A DNA stretch of 64,000 nucleotides from Narcine bancroftii (Eukaryota): NCBI RefSeq assembly GCF_036971445.1, contig NC_091471.1, positions 370,698,001-370,762,000 on the forward strand, read 5' to 3'. Shown in pieces: positions 37,942-50,100 of the stretch. The position numbers and the translations under genes were made by a program. The notes under the pieces are model-generated. The model did no database searches. It was given only the letters and a program-made list of their open reading frames with translations, and had not been told where the DNA came from. Within the stretch, counting starts at the first letter, position 1; every line of letters starts with the position of its first letter.

Positions 37942-38935
37942 CATCACATCCTGCCCCTTTTGTTTGTGGAACCCCATCTTGCTGTGAAAAAATGAGCCAG
38001 AAAAATGCCGATTTTGTTCATTTCGGAGTGAACAACAAATGCTGGCATACTGGATGGTCTTCATTGCAAAAATATTGTGGGATTGCTGTGTAAAAAACAT
38101 GAGATGGTTCAATCTCTTAAAGAATTGAAATATTTTGGGAGAAAAATTTTTGTCCTGAAAATAGCCAGAAATTTTAATACACGTCGCACAAATCAAAACA
38201 GCTTTGCAAGTGGATTATTACATACAACCAGATCAAAGTAGAAACTTAATGATACTTCGTAAAAGTAAATTTAGACATTCTACTCCTTAAATTCAAAACA
38301 ATGATCACTAGTCAAATGTGTCCAATATTGCTAATAGAATATATTTCATCTGCATCTGACTCCAACTGTATAAAGCAACAAAGCAGAAAAACAACAGAAT
38401 ATACATGAATGGTATAAACGCGAGATATATTTTTTTATTTACACATTTCTAAAACTATAGACAGCTCCCCTTCTCCTTATGTTTTCTATTAAAGTTGACT
38501 GAAAACCACATTTCCTTTTTTATTTCATGAAAAATACATTTCCGCAAACTTCTCACGAGTGTTTTTGTAATAAGCCAACAGGAAGCAAACTTTCAAAGTG
38601 CAACTTCGCCCGAGAATTTCTTTTCATAGGTATTTTGTTATATTACACATTGATCCATACAGTGTTCCCAGTATAAAATAGTGCCATTCCTTGGGACTAA
38701 AGACCAATCATTTCAGTGTCAAATCTTTTGGTGATTTTCCAATGTGCAAATTTTTAAAAAGTGATCTCATCTTTCTGGTGAAGAGCAAAGTGCACGAGCT
38801 AAAAACTAGATTCATATTCTGCTAAATAACTGAATTATAAAAACACATTTTTTGCATTCAATTTATTGAAGAAGAGGTTTGTCAGATGGAGAGTCAAGTT
38901 TCACAATGAGAAAAACAAATTTTGGAAATATCTCA

Positions 38936-39866
38936 TCAAAATATGAATAATTGTTGATGTGATGTAGTCTCATGTGAGGAGACCAGATTACCTTCAGATT
39001 TGTTGAATTAAAGGCAAAAAAGGAAAACAAGTCATTTGTTATTCATGTGATATCTCATTGAAGTTAATATTTCTGGATTCAAAAGATTCAGTTAATTTTT
39101 CTAATAGTTATTAAACTCCTAATCATGCATAGTTAGATTGCGATAATAACAATTCGTACACATTTTGTTTCCTTCGAGTCATTCCAATTATAAAAATGGT
39201 TAAAAAAACAATCTGAATACCAAGTAGAGGAAACTTTAACACTGGGACCATCGTACATACAATGCGTTCCTCCCTCTATTCAATAGGAATGGAAACTATG
39301 TTAACAATTCACCAGTTCAAAGAGCTTAGTTTATAATCCAGATGAATGGTTAGTGAAGGGGGCAGCATAGTTCGCGCCATGTTATTACAACGCCAGCAGC
39401 CCAGGTTCGAATCCAGTGCTGTCTGAAAGGAGTTTGTATGTTCTCCCCGTGACTGCACTTTCCTCCCACACTTCAAAACATATCAGGGCTCTATGTTAAT
39501 TCAGTTAATCGTGAGGCCCTGTTACCATACTTCTAAAAAATGTAAATAAACTAATTCAACTCATCGCCCAGCAATGTGGGAATTGGAATCCAGCTCAAGA
39601 GATATCATCTGCTACCAGTCAATGAGACCATGAAGATTTAATCATCTTTGGATCTTTGTGGGAAAGAACTAATTTGCTTATTCAGGTCTTTAAGCAAAGA
39701 AAAGCAACAACCCCTATCTAATCTGTCCTTTACCTGACAACATTCCTACACTACTCTCAGAACTACTCGACGAACTAGCAAGTGACTCCGTAAACTCGTA
39801 TAGACAGCCATAAACACTTACTCATGCAGTAATTCAGTTGAAGATTTTCTTCTCTGGCACCATTTT
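38936..39866 (-). CDS. Tentative cytoplasmic exons of the SECTM1/B7-like gene: 39822-39866 (ENGAREENLQLNYCM) and 38936-38991 (SNLVSSHETTSHQQLFIF*)
   Basis: Phase-compatible and open, with a strong donor GTAAGT at 39821, but both acceptors are weak (AAG). Read-through of the TM exon to the stop at 40929 is an alternative. Confidence 0.3.
39358..39530 (+). mobile_element. tRNA-derived V-SINE-like element
   Basis: B box GGTTCGAATCC, then GGAGTTTGTATGTTCTCCCCGTG and TTTCCTCCCACA. Confidence 0.65.
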
Positions 39867-40996
39867 CTTTTGACAATATACAATTTAAACCAGATAAGTG
39901 AATTTTCCAGATGCTTGAGATTGTGTGTTTCATGATTAGCGAACTGCCCACTAGAGGACACCAAATCTAAATTTTTGCCTTTTTTACCTACTTATTTTCA
40001 GTGATTTATTTTTGGCCAGTTGTTTCAGGATGCCTGTTGCTTGATTTCTGGATTATGGAGATGTACTGTGTTCATGAAGTCTTCTGCAGACAGTGGTCAA
40101 TGCCATATCCACACCTGCCTCCTGAAGTGTGTTTCTGATCTGTTGGGCATATGTCTTGGATTTTTTTCTTCATTTATAATGAGAATTTTTCTGTCCTCGG
40201 CAGTGGAGGTTTTGGAATTCCAGTCCCTTTATGATTATTGAGTTTCCCAGTACGCTCTATCATCTTAGCGATGTTCCAAACTCTTGATTTTGGTCAACCA
40301 AAGGTTTGGGCAATGTTGCTTCCTGTTTCTTTCTTATTTTTCAGCTCACAGTGGCTTCTCTAACGTTTAATGACACAACTCTGGTCCTCATGTAGAAAAA
40401 TGGCAACTACAGACTCCAAAGGTGATCAAAAGCTTAGAAGCAAGCCTAGCTCTCTTACACTTGCATCAATGAAGCCAAGGGTCCCAAACATTATGCTGCC
40501 CTGAAATGAGGAGTCTATGTCTAAAAATTCCTGTGGTTTCTACATGGTCAAATCAAAATGGCACCAACAATCTTGAATAAAGTCTGGAATGTGCACTTTA
40601 ATCACAGAGGAATGACTTGATTACAAATTTAAATTGATGCAGCAAAGTGCCAAATAAAGGTAAAGAAAAAGTATCTTTGTCCCAAACATCATGGAGGGCC
40701 CTGGATGTGCATCCACATGCTCTTGCTGGACATATTTTCTTTAATCATTACTGAGTGCCTAAAGTCCATGCTCGCTCTGTCCTGAAACTCAGCTCTACCA
40801 ATTACTTTCTCCAAACATCGAAAGACTATAATAAACTTAATTTTTTTAAGTATTTCACATCACCAAATTATATTTTACATTAAAGATTGGTTATCCTTGG
40901 GTATTTTAATTCCAGAAATTAAAACAGTTCATATTTTATGCAAAAAAGATTCAAAAAGTTCACTTGGAATCAGAAGCATTTGCTGAAACATCGTAC

Positions 40997-41140
40997 CACG
41001 AAAATACTTTCTCCTGAGTCTGCAACCAACAAGGATAAATATCGCTGCTAACAGGCCTCCAAAAACAATGCAGACCACAGTAATATCTTTCTTCTTCTTT
41101 GCTTCATTTTGCTGATGACTTGATTTATTCAAGCTTGAAT
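40997..41140 (-). CDS. SECTM1/B7-like gene: stalk plus transmembrane exon
   Basis: Acceptor tttttAG at 41141, phase 1; DSSLNKSSHQQNEAKKKKDITVVCIVFGGLLAAIFILVGCRLRRKYFR; probable donor G|GTACGA. Confidence 0.8.
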
Positions 41141-44100
41141 CTAAAAATGTAAAGAAATTGTAAATTTCAGCATCAATCTTTGTCAGAGCACAAATGTTAT
41201 TTACTCCCAAGACAGCTAAATTAATTATATGTTGATGTTCAAACAAAACTGAGGGAAAAGGTTGCAACGGTTGACAAAGATTCTCAAAACCATTCCAGGA
41301 CAAATACTCAGAGGTTTTAAATATAGTCAGAATCAGAATTTATTGTCATGAGCAAGTCACAAAATTGGTTGTTTTTCAGCGCCACCACTGGTTCTAAAGG
41401 TTGTCATGGCTGAAGGGTGGTGGGGGGACGAGCTTCCACTGTTACACAAACGCCCTTCATGGCGTGCGCCTCGAACAGCCTCTGACAACCTAAATCCAAC
41501 TCATGGCATTGTCCTTGCGCCCAGCGGAGCTGTTCTCACTGACAGAAGGGACCAAAGCGGGTCACTGGCACCTTGAAACCAGTTGCTCTGGGCAGATGGG
41601 GCTCGTCAACCATCTAGGAGAGGGAAAAGTTCAATTTCAAACCTCCGCTGCCTTGTGGCTCTACCCACTCACAGGAGTAAACCCCCCCAAAAAAACCGAA
41701 GTTGGAGTGCTGAAGGCGGCTGCCTGTTATACCCAGCACTGCCTCAGCAACTCCTGCGATCCTGCTGGCATTAAATTGTATCAGACAAACACAAGAGCAG
41801 CACCTACCAGTTATGCCATAATGATTGGTTGGCAGAGAGCATTGGCACCAGAGGTTGCATCCAATGGAGGGAGAGACCATTGCATTTCATTTCACTGGAC
41901 AGCTACCACCTGCCTCAAGCTGGGCAGCCCCCCAGCCAATAAGATGCTTTCCCGCCAAAGTCAGTCTTCCTCATTGGGTGCATGGGGATAATGGATCATA
42001 GTGCAAATGTTCATATAAATGACCTTACAAAAAAAAATAGTGCCTGAAAAGTTAAAGTGAGGCAGTGTCTTTGGTTCATTGATTATTCAGGAATCTGATG
42101 GCAGTGGGGAAGCTGTCCTTGTGCTACTGAGCACTTGTCTTTAGGCTCCTGTACCATTTCCCCCAATGGTCGCAGAGTGAAGAGGGCATGGCCTGGGTGG
42201 TGGGGGTTCGTGAGAATAGAGGTTGCTTTCTTAAGATACCACCTATTGTAGATGTTCTTGAGTGAGTGGAGTCTGGTGCCTGTGATGTCGCAGGCTGAGT
42301 TAACAACCCTCTGGAATATTTTTCTTGTCCTGACCATTGGCACCTCCATACCAGACAATAATGCAACCAGCCAGAATGCTCTCCAAGGTATAGGTGTAGA
42401 AGTTTGAGTGTCTTCAGTGATGTACCGAATCTCTGCAAACACCTCACAAACTATAGCCTTCTTCATGGTTGCATCAACATGGACAGATCTTTGGAGATGT
42501 TGACACCCAGGAATTTGAAGTACTTGATCCCTCGATGAGGACTGGAGTCCACAATCACCTCCTTGGCTTTGCTAACATTTTTTTTTTAAATTATTTAATT
42601 GTTGGGATCATTATTAGGAAAAAATTGAATAAAACATCAATCAAATATCCATAGCCAATAATACAAAAAATATTTTTAAATATTTTCTCCCCATCCCCTC
42701 TCATACCCAAAAGTAAGAAAAGGAAATTGATCATTTTTAATTCCTCTCTCAATATGAATTCTGTTCCATATGTTTAAAATATGTTTCAAAAATCTTTAGT
42801 TCCTTTAAACGACTCACTATTCCATTTATACAGAATTAACTCTGGAATAGTTTCACCAATTTTATTCATTTCTATTTGAATCCAAGCTGGTTTTTCATTT
42901 GTAGGTAACAGGAGGACAAGGTTTTGCTAACATTGAGTGCAGGTTGTTGTGACACCATTCAACGAGCTGATCTTTCTCCCTCCTGTACACTTACTCATTG
43001 CCGTTTGTGATTCTGCCGACAACTGTGATGTCATTGACAAATTTGTAACATTGGAATTGCACCTGTCCACACAATTGTGGGTGTATAATGAGTAGGACAG
43101 TGGGCATCCTTGGGGTGTTCCTGTGTTGATAGTCTGTAAGGAGGAGGAGGAGGAGTCTTCAGGACAGATAAACATATCATTAGAAATAAAATAGTGAAAT
43201 AATTAGATCTTGATTTTTTTTCTGCCACTCAGATCGATCTTGACTTTTCCCCCAACTCTTCTTTTCCAATGTAATCCATGATTCTGAAAATATCCAGTAA
43301 AATACACAAAAGTGCTGGAGAAACTCAGCAAGTCACACAACATCTAAAGGAAGTAAAGGATAACTAACGTTTCCGGACTAAGCCCTTTGCCAGCTCATAC
43401 TTCGTCGGTGCAATTTTATCTAACTCTGAGGAGTCATATTTCAAAACTGCTGGCCCAGGAAGTAACTTGGTGATCTTTGCACCAGTATCCCTATTACAAA
43501 TAATCTATACTGTCTCTTGGGTATTTAAATAATATTCCAAAAGTATTCTCACCAGAGCCTGGCAATAATTGGAGCAAGACATTCATATTGCTGAACTCAA
43601 AACATCATTCAGTAAGAACTCAGCAATCACTTGGCTTCTCTCTTATTGGATGTTAAACTTTTAAGTTTCTGTGTAAAAGTATTATAATGTTCCTCTGTGA
43701 TCGAAGAACTCACACCAGTCTGCGGGCTGCTAGGGACTAGCTCATGGGAAACAGATATCAGAACCAGAATTCGAGAGGGTGCTGAGGGCAAGAAGGGTCT
43801 TTAGTCCTGAAATGTACCTGCTTGCATTGGAGGTTTGGAACCAGAGCTCAATACGATACCTTTATTGTCATTTAAGACCAGACTGTAAAACAGCACACAG
43901 TAAAAAAAAAGAGATAACATTCTTCCCAACCATACTGGTACCTACTCATCATGAGATTACACAAAAACAACGTAGGCCACACAAGACTACACCATTCCTA
44001 CACCTACACCAAACCTCTACAAGACTGAAACATGCCAACACAGAGCTGCATCGTGAATAAAAAGAGTACAAACAGCGCAGTAAATGAAACAAGTTACATT

Positions 44101-47100
44101 TTCGTAGACTTAGATTTTCAAAAATCTAGTAGTTTGAAGTGAAGAACCGCCACACAGTTCACATATTCATACAGTCCTGCAAGCTTCGGCACCATAGCGA
44201 CCTCCTCACAGACCCCGCCATCCTCCGCAGGGCCCTGCTCTCCAAGATGGCACAGCTTCCAGAATCTCTGGGCCAAGCACTCGAAACGGCTCTGCAACAC
44301 TTCCACCGCAGAACACACAGACCTCCAAATCCTCCCAGCCAGGCACACGACACAGACCGCTCCAGCACACCTCTGCAAAACCTGCCATAGCGTCTCCTCC
44401 TCGGCCACCAGCTGCAAACGATGTCGAAGTTTAAAGGCCTCGTCTCCATAACAGAGGCCCAATCACCACAGCAGACCAGGCTGCGCAGCCTGCATCCACT
44501 GGTCTGTACCTTATTTCACGTTTCTCACATTTCCACAGTGCTCTACTGTCCAATTAAGAATTGTTGCACGGCACTTAACCATTGCAGTAGCATCAGGTCT
44601 GGAGAAGCCGCTGCAGCCACTGCCACGTGGCTATCACCAGAATCAGCTCAGGTTGCTAATGGATTAAACAGGCATCCGTGAGGCTGCGGGGGCACAGCAG
44701 GTGAATCCACAGACATTCGGGGTCTCTGAAGGGATTCTATTTTGCTTCTCTTTCTCTTATTGTTAGGGGCACCAGGCAATGCCAATTGTGACTCTTTGTT
44801 TGCCTTGCAGCAGGCAAAAGATAACAAATTTGTGTATATTACATTTTTACATGACAATAAAAAAGAATCTTGAATCTTAAGTCTTGACCATCCAGAGCTT
44901 TCCGAAATGGGATCTTAAATATTTTCACATCACATTCCATTTGCCACGCTCTTAACCTTTCACCCATATCCCTTTCAATCCAATTCAGAAACCTTTTTGC
45001 ATCCTCCTAATAGTGGAACCTTCTCATTTTTGTATCTTCAGGAAATTTGAAGATGTGCAACTTGATTCCTTCATTCAAGTCATTGAAGCACATTGTGAAT
45101 AGCTCGTGTCCCAGCACTGGTTCCTGGCAGATCTCACTTATTGTGGCCTCTCAGCCTAAAAATGACCAACTTATTCCTATTTTCTGATGTTTTGTCCTCA
45201 GATCAGGCTAATACATTTTATCATAATGTGTGGTTAAATCCGTTTAATACTTATGTGTAATGGCTGATCAAAGATCTTCTGGAAGTTCAAACCCACCAAT
45301 TATTTCAATAGTGAAGTGCCAATTAGTGAAGAAACTGAAGGCTGTGTAGCTAACCAGTAATCATGGCTTTTATTAATAGAAACTCAGTAGTACAATAATG
45401 AATGATAATGGGTGCATACATAGTTATAGCCAAGGGGACTGTCTTTAGTGGTAGAGATAATACACGTCCAATACCAGTTGAGTAGACTAAGCACAGCGAA
45501 AGAATGACAGCATGACACAGATTCATTACAGTCTCCCCCCGGCAAAAGTTGCATTAATATTAAAAGAACAACTTCTAGACTATCAATCAAGCAATTCTAG
45601 TGTAAACATAACACAAAACAGTCAAAGAAATGGCATTGAGAATTTACTGACAGAGCCAAAACAAGGCTAGCAACTATCAGCGCAATCAGAATATAACGAG
45701 ATGTTTATGAATAGGGGAGCCTCTCGGTGTTTTCAAACACGAGAAGACCTCCCTAGCGGAGCAGGTGGAGGCTTTGCAGGAGTGATGACCTTGGGAACTG
45801 GCGGCGTTGATACAGTTCCCTGGTCTGTAGTGTGAGACGGCAGGACTTCTGGACCTGCTCCAGAATCACTAGCGTGAGGCTGTGGGGCCTCAGCGTGGCC
45901 ATCTGAATGCTTACTAGGGGTCGCAGGTTGGGGTGGTGCGTCCATCCTCTCAAGATCACTCTGAGTGGGGGCGTGTGGAGGCTCCACAGCCTCACGATGG
46001 TGATTCTGGAGCGGGTCCAGAAGTCCTGGGCCAAGAAAATTAGAGGAACAAATTTGTAGGGACATAACGTATATGTGTGAGAATCATAAGGTAGTGATCA
46101 TGGGAGATTTTAACTTCCCTCACATTGATTGGGATATCCTACAATTAGAGGGCTGGATGGGCTAGAGTTCATTAAATGTGTTCAAGATTGTTTTCTAAAT
46201 CAATTAGTAGAAGAACCGACTCGGGACAGTGTAATACTAGATTTCCTGTTAGGGAATGAGCTAGGTCAGGTATCGGACATTAAGGTCGGAGAACAAATTG
46301 GGTCTAGTCTCCAAGAAAATAACTCTGTTAGTTTTCGGGTAGTTTTAGGGAAAGCAAGGAGGGGCCTAAAGTTGAGGTTCTGGATTGGAGAGGAGCAAAT
46401 TTCGAAGGAATAAGATGAGATTTGGGGAGTATTGAGTGGGACAGGATATTTTCAGGTAAGGATGTAAATGAAAAATGGAGGATATTCAAAAAAAAATTTG
46501 AGGGTACAGAGTAGATATGTCCCAGTGAGGATCAAAGGAAAGGCTGGAAGTCATAGGGAGGCTTGGTTTTTGAGGAATATTAGAAATTTGGTTAGGAGAA
46601 AAAGGGAGGTGTACAAGAGGTATAAAGAGCAGGGAGCTGAGAGTTTGAAGGAGGACTACAAGGAGTGTAGAAGGAATCTTAAGAAAGAAATTAGAAAGAC
46701 TAAAAAAAGGCACGGAGAGGCTTTGGCAGACAGAGTAAAAATAAATCCGAAGGGTTTCTATAGGTACATTAAAAGTAAAAGATTAGTGAGGGATAAAATT
46801 GGACCCCTTGTAGATAGCGAGGGTAGGCTGAGTGAGAAGTCAGAGGAAATGGGAGAAATTTTGAATGATTTCTTTGCCTTGGTATTCACTAGGGAAAAAA
46901 AAATATTGAACCAGTTGAAGTAAAGAAAAATGGTGGGGAGGTCATGAAGCATATAAGGATAACCGAGGAGATAGTGATGGCTGTGTTGAAAAAGATAAAG
47001 GTGGATAAATCTCCAGGACCGGACAAAATATTCCCAAGGACACTCAGGGAGGCTTGTGGACAGATAGTGGGGCCATTAACAGAGATATTTAGGATGTCAC

Positions 47101-50100
47101 TGGTTATGGGGGTAGTGCCAAAGGATTGGAAGGTGGCGCATCTGGTTCCACTGTTTAAGAAAGGGTCCAAATGTAAACCTGGGAATTATAGGCCCGTGAG
47201 TCTGACGTCTGTGGTGGGTAAGTTGATGGAAAGTGTTCTGAGGGATGGTATTTACAAATATTTGGAGGTACAGGGATTGATAGGGAGTAATCAGCATGGT
47301 TTTGTCAGGGGTAGATCATGCCTGACAAACCTGATTGAGTTTTTCGAGGGGGTTACAAGAAAGGTTGATGAAGGGAAAGCTGTGGATGTTGTCTATTTAG
47401 ACTTTAGTAAATCTTTTGACAAAGTTCCCCACAGGAGGTTAGGAAAAAGGTGGAGGCATTAGGTATAAATAAGGAGGTAGTGAAATGGATTCAGCAATGG
47501 TTGGATGGGAGGTGTCAGAGAGTAGTGGTAGAAAATTGTTTGTCCAATTGGAGGCCGGTGACTAGTGGAGTTCCTCAGGGATCGGTCCTGGGTCCACTAT
47601 TGTTTGTTATATATATTAATGATATTGAAGTAGGGGTGGAGAATTGGATAAGCAAGTTTGCGGATGATGCAAAGATTGGTGATGTTGTGGACAGTGAGGA
47701 AGAATACTGTAGATTAAAAGGTGATTTAGGAAGGCCGGAGGTGTGGGCTGAAAAATGGCTGATGGAATTTAATACAGAGAAGTGTGAGGTGTTACATTTT
47801 GGAAAGGCAAATCTAAATAGGTCATATGCATTAAATGGTAGGCTATTGAGATGTGCAGAGCAACAAAGGGATTTAGGAGTTATGGTAAATAGTACCCTCA
47901 AGACTGATACTCAGGTAGATGGGGTGGTGAAGAAGGCATTTGGAATGTTGGCCTTCATAAATTGGAGTATTGAATTCAAGAGTAGGGAGGCTATGATGAA
48001 ATTGTACAAGGCATTGGTGAGGCCAAATTTCGAGTACTGTGTACAGTTTTGGTCACCAAATTATAGGAAAGATATAAACAAAATAGAGAGAGTGGAGAGA
48101 AGGTTCACGAGAATGTTGACAGGATTTCAAGGTTTGAGTTACAGGGAAAGGTTGTGCAGATTGGGGCTTTTTCTCTGGAGCGTAGAAGATTGAGGGGGGA
48201 CTTGATAGAGGTGTTTAAGATTTTAAAAGAGACAGACAGAGTAAATGTGGATAGGCTTTTTCAATTAAGAGTGGGGGAGATTCAAACTTGAGGCCATGGT
48301 TTAAGATTGAAGGGGGAAAATTATAAAGGGAGCATGAGGGGAAATTTCTTTATGCAAAGGGTAGTAGGGATGTGGAATGAGCTTCTGGCAGACGTGGTCG
48401 AGGCGGGATCATTGGTTACATTTAAGGAAAGACTGGATAGTTACATGGAGAGGAGGGGACTGGAGGGGTATGGACTGGGTGCTGGTCAGTGGGACTAGGA
48501 GGGTGGGGATTTGTTACGGCATGGACTAGTAGGGCCGAACTGGCCTGTTCTGTGCTGTAAGTGGTTATATGGTTATATGGTTATATGGGTCCAGAAGCCC
48601 TGCCATCTGTGGTAAGACCCAGACCGAGCATGATAACGACCTAAAAAAATTCTAGTATTGGACAAAGAACGCAATCTTACATTTATCTAGGGTAAATGTG
48701 TTTTCAATGCAACAGAACTACCCATTCTGGGCTACATTGTTCGCGAGGGCAAAATCCACCCCGATCCTGAAAGAATGGTACCCCTTAAGAAGTTGCCACC
48801 CCAAGACTCCGCAAAAGCTCTTAAGAGGTGTATGGGATTCTTTTCCTACTACTGCAAATGAGTACGTGACTACGCTACGAAGGCACACTCCTTGTTTGAC
48901 ACAAAATCTTTCCCTCTCTCTCCAGCAGCCCTGAAAGCTTTCAAGAGAATTAAAACTGATATTGCCAAAGCTGCACTCTCGTCCATCGACAAGGATTTTC
49001 TGCTCCGTGGAAACTGATGCCTCAGATTGTGCTTTAGCAAGAACCTTAATCTAAAGGATTAATCTTCGCTAGGATTCTACTAAATTGAATAATACCTAGT
49101 GTCGCCGAGAATATTCTCCCAGAATCACAGTGCGGCTTTCGCGCAAACAGAGGAACTACTGACATGGTCTTTGCCCTCAGACAGCTCCAAGAAAAGTGCA
49201 GAGAACAAAACAAAGGACTCTACATCACCTTTGTTGACCTCACCAAAGCCTTCAACACCGTGAGCAGGAAAGGGCTTTGGCAAATACTAGAGCGCACCGG
49301 ATGTCCCCCAAAGTTCCTCAACATGATTATCCAACTGCATGAAAACCAACAAGGTAGGGTCAGATACAGCAATGAGCTCTCTGAACCCTTCTCCATTAAC
49401 AATGGCATGAAGCAAGGCTGTGTTCTCGCACCAACCCTCTTTTCAATCTTCTTCAGCATGATGCTGAACCAAGCCATGAAAGACCCCAACAATGAAGACG
49501 CTGTTTACATCCAGTACCGCACGGATGGCAGTCTCTTCAATCTGAGGCGCCTGCAAGCTCACACCAAGACACAAGAGAAACTTGTCCGTGAACTACTCTT
49601 TGCAGACGATGCCGCTTTAGTTGCCCATTCAGAGCCAGCTCTTCAGCGCTTGACGTCCTGCTTTACGGAAACTGCCAAAATGTTTGGCCTGGAAGTCAGC
49701 CTGAAGAAAACTGAGGTCCTCCATCAGCCAGCTCCCCACCATGACTACCAGCCCCCCCACATCTCCATCGGGCACACAAAACTCAAAACGGTCAACCAGT
49801 TTACCTATCTCGGCTGCACCATTTCATCAGATGCAAGGATCGACAACGAGATAGACAACAGACTCGCCAAGGCAAATAGCGCCTTTGGAAGACTACACAA
49901 AAGAGTCTGGAAAAACAACCAACTGAAAAACCTCACAAAGATAAGCGTATACAGAGCCGTTGTCATACCCACACTCCTGTTCGGCTCCGAATCATGGGTC
50001 CTCTACCGGCACCACCTACGGCTCCTAGAACGCTTCCACCAGCGTTGTCTCCGCTCCATCCTCAACATCCATTGGAGCGCTTTCATCCCTAACGTCGAAG

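Noticed and set aside
41385-41990. 162-aa ORF, or RTE-like 5' UTR with a possible HDV-like ribozyme
   Set aside because: Looks like a repeat inserted into the Rex-Babar remnant; I could not fold a convincing ribozyme or assign the family from sequence alone.
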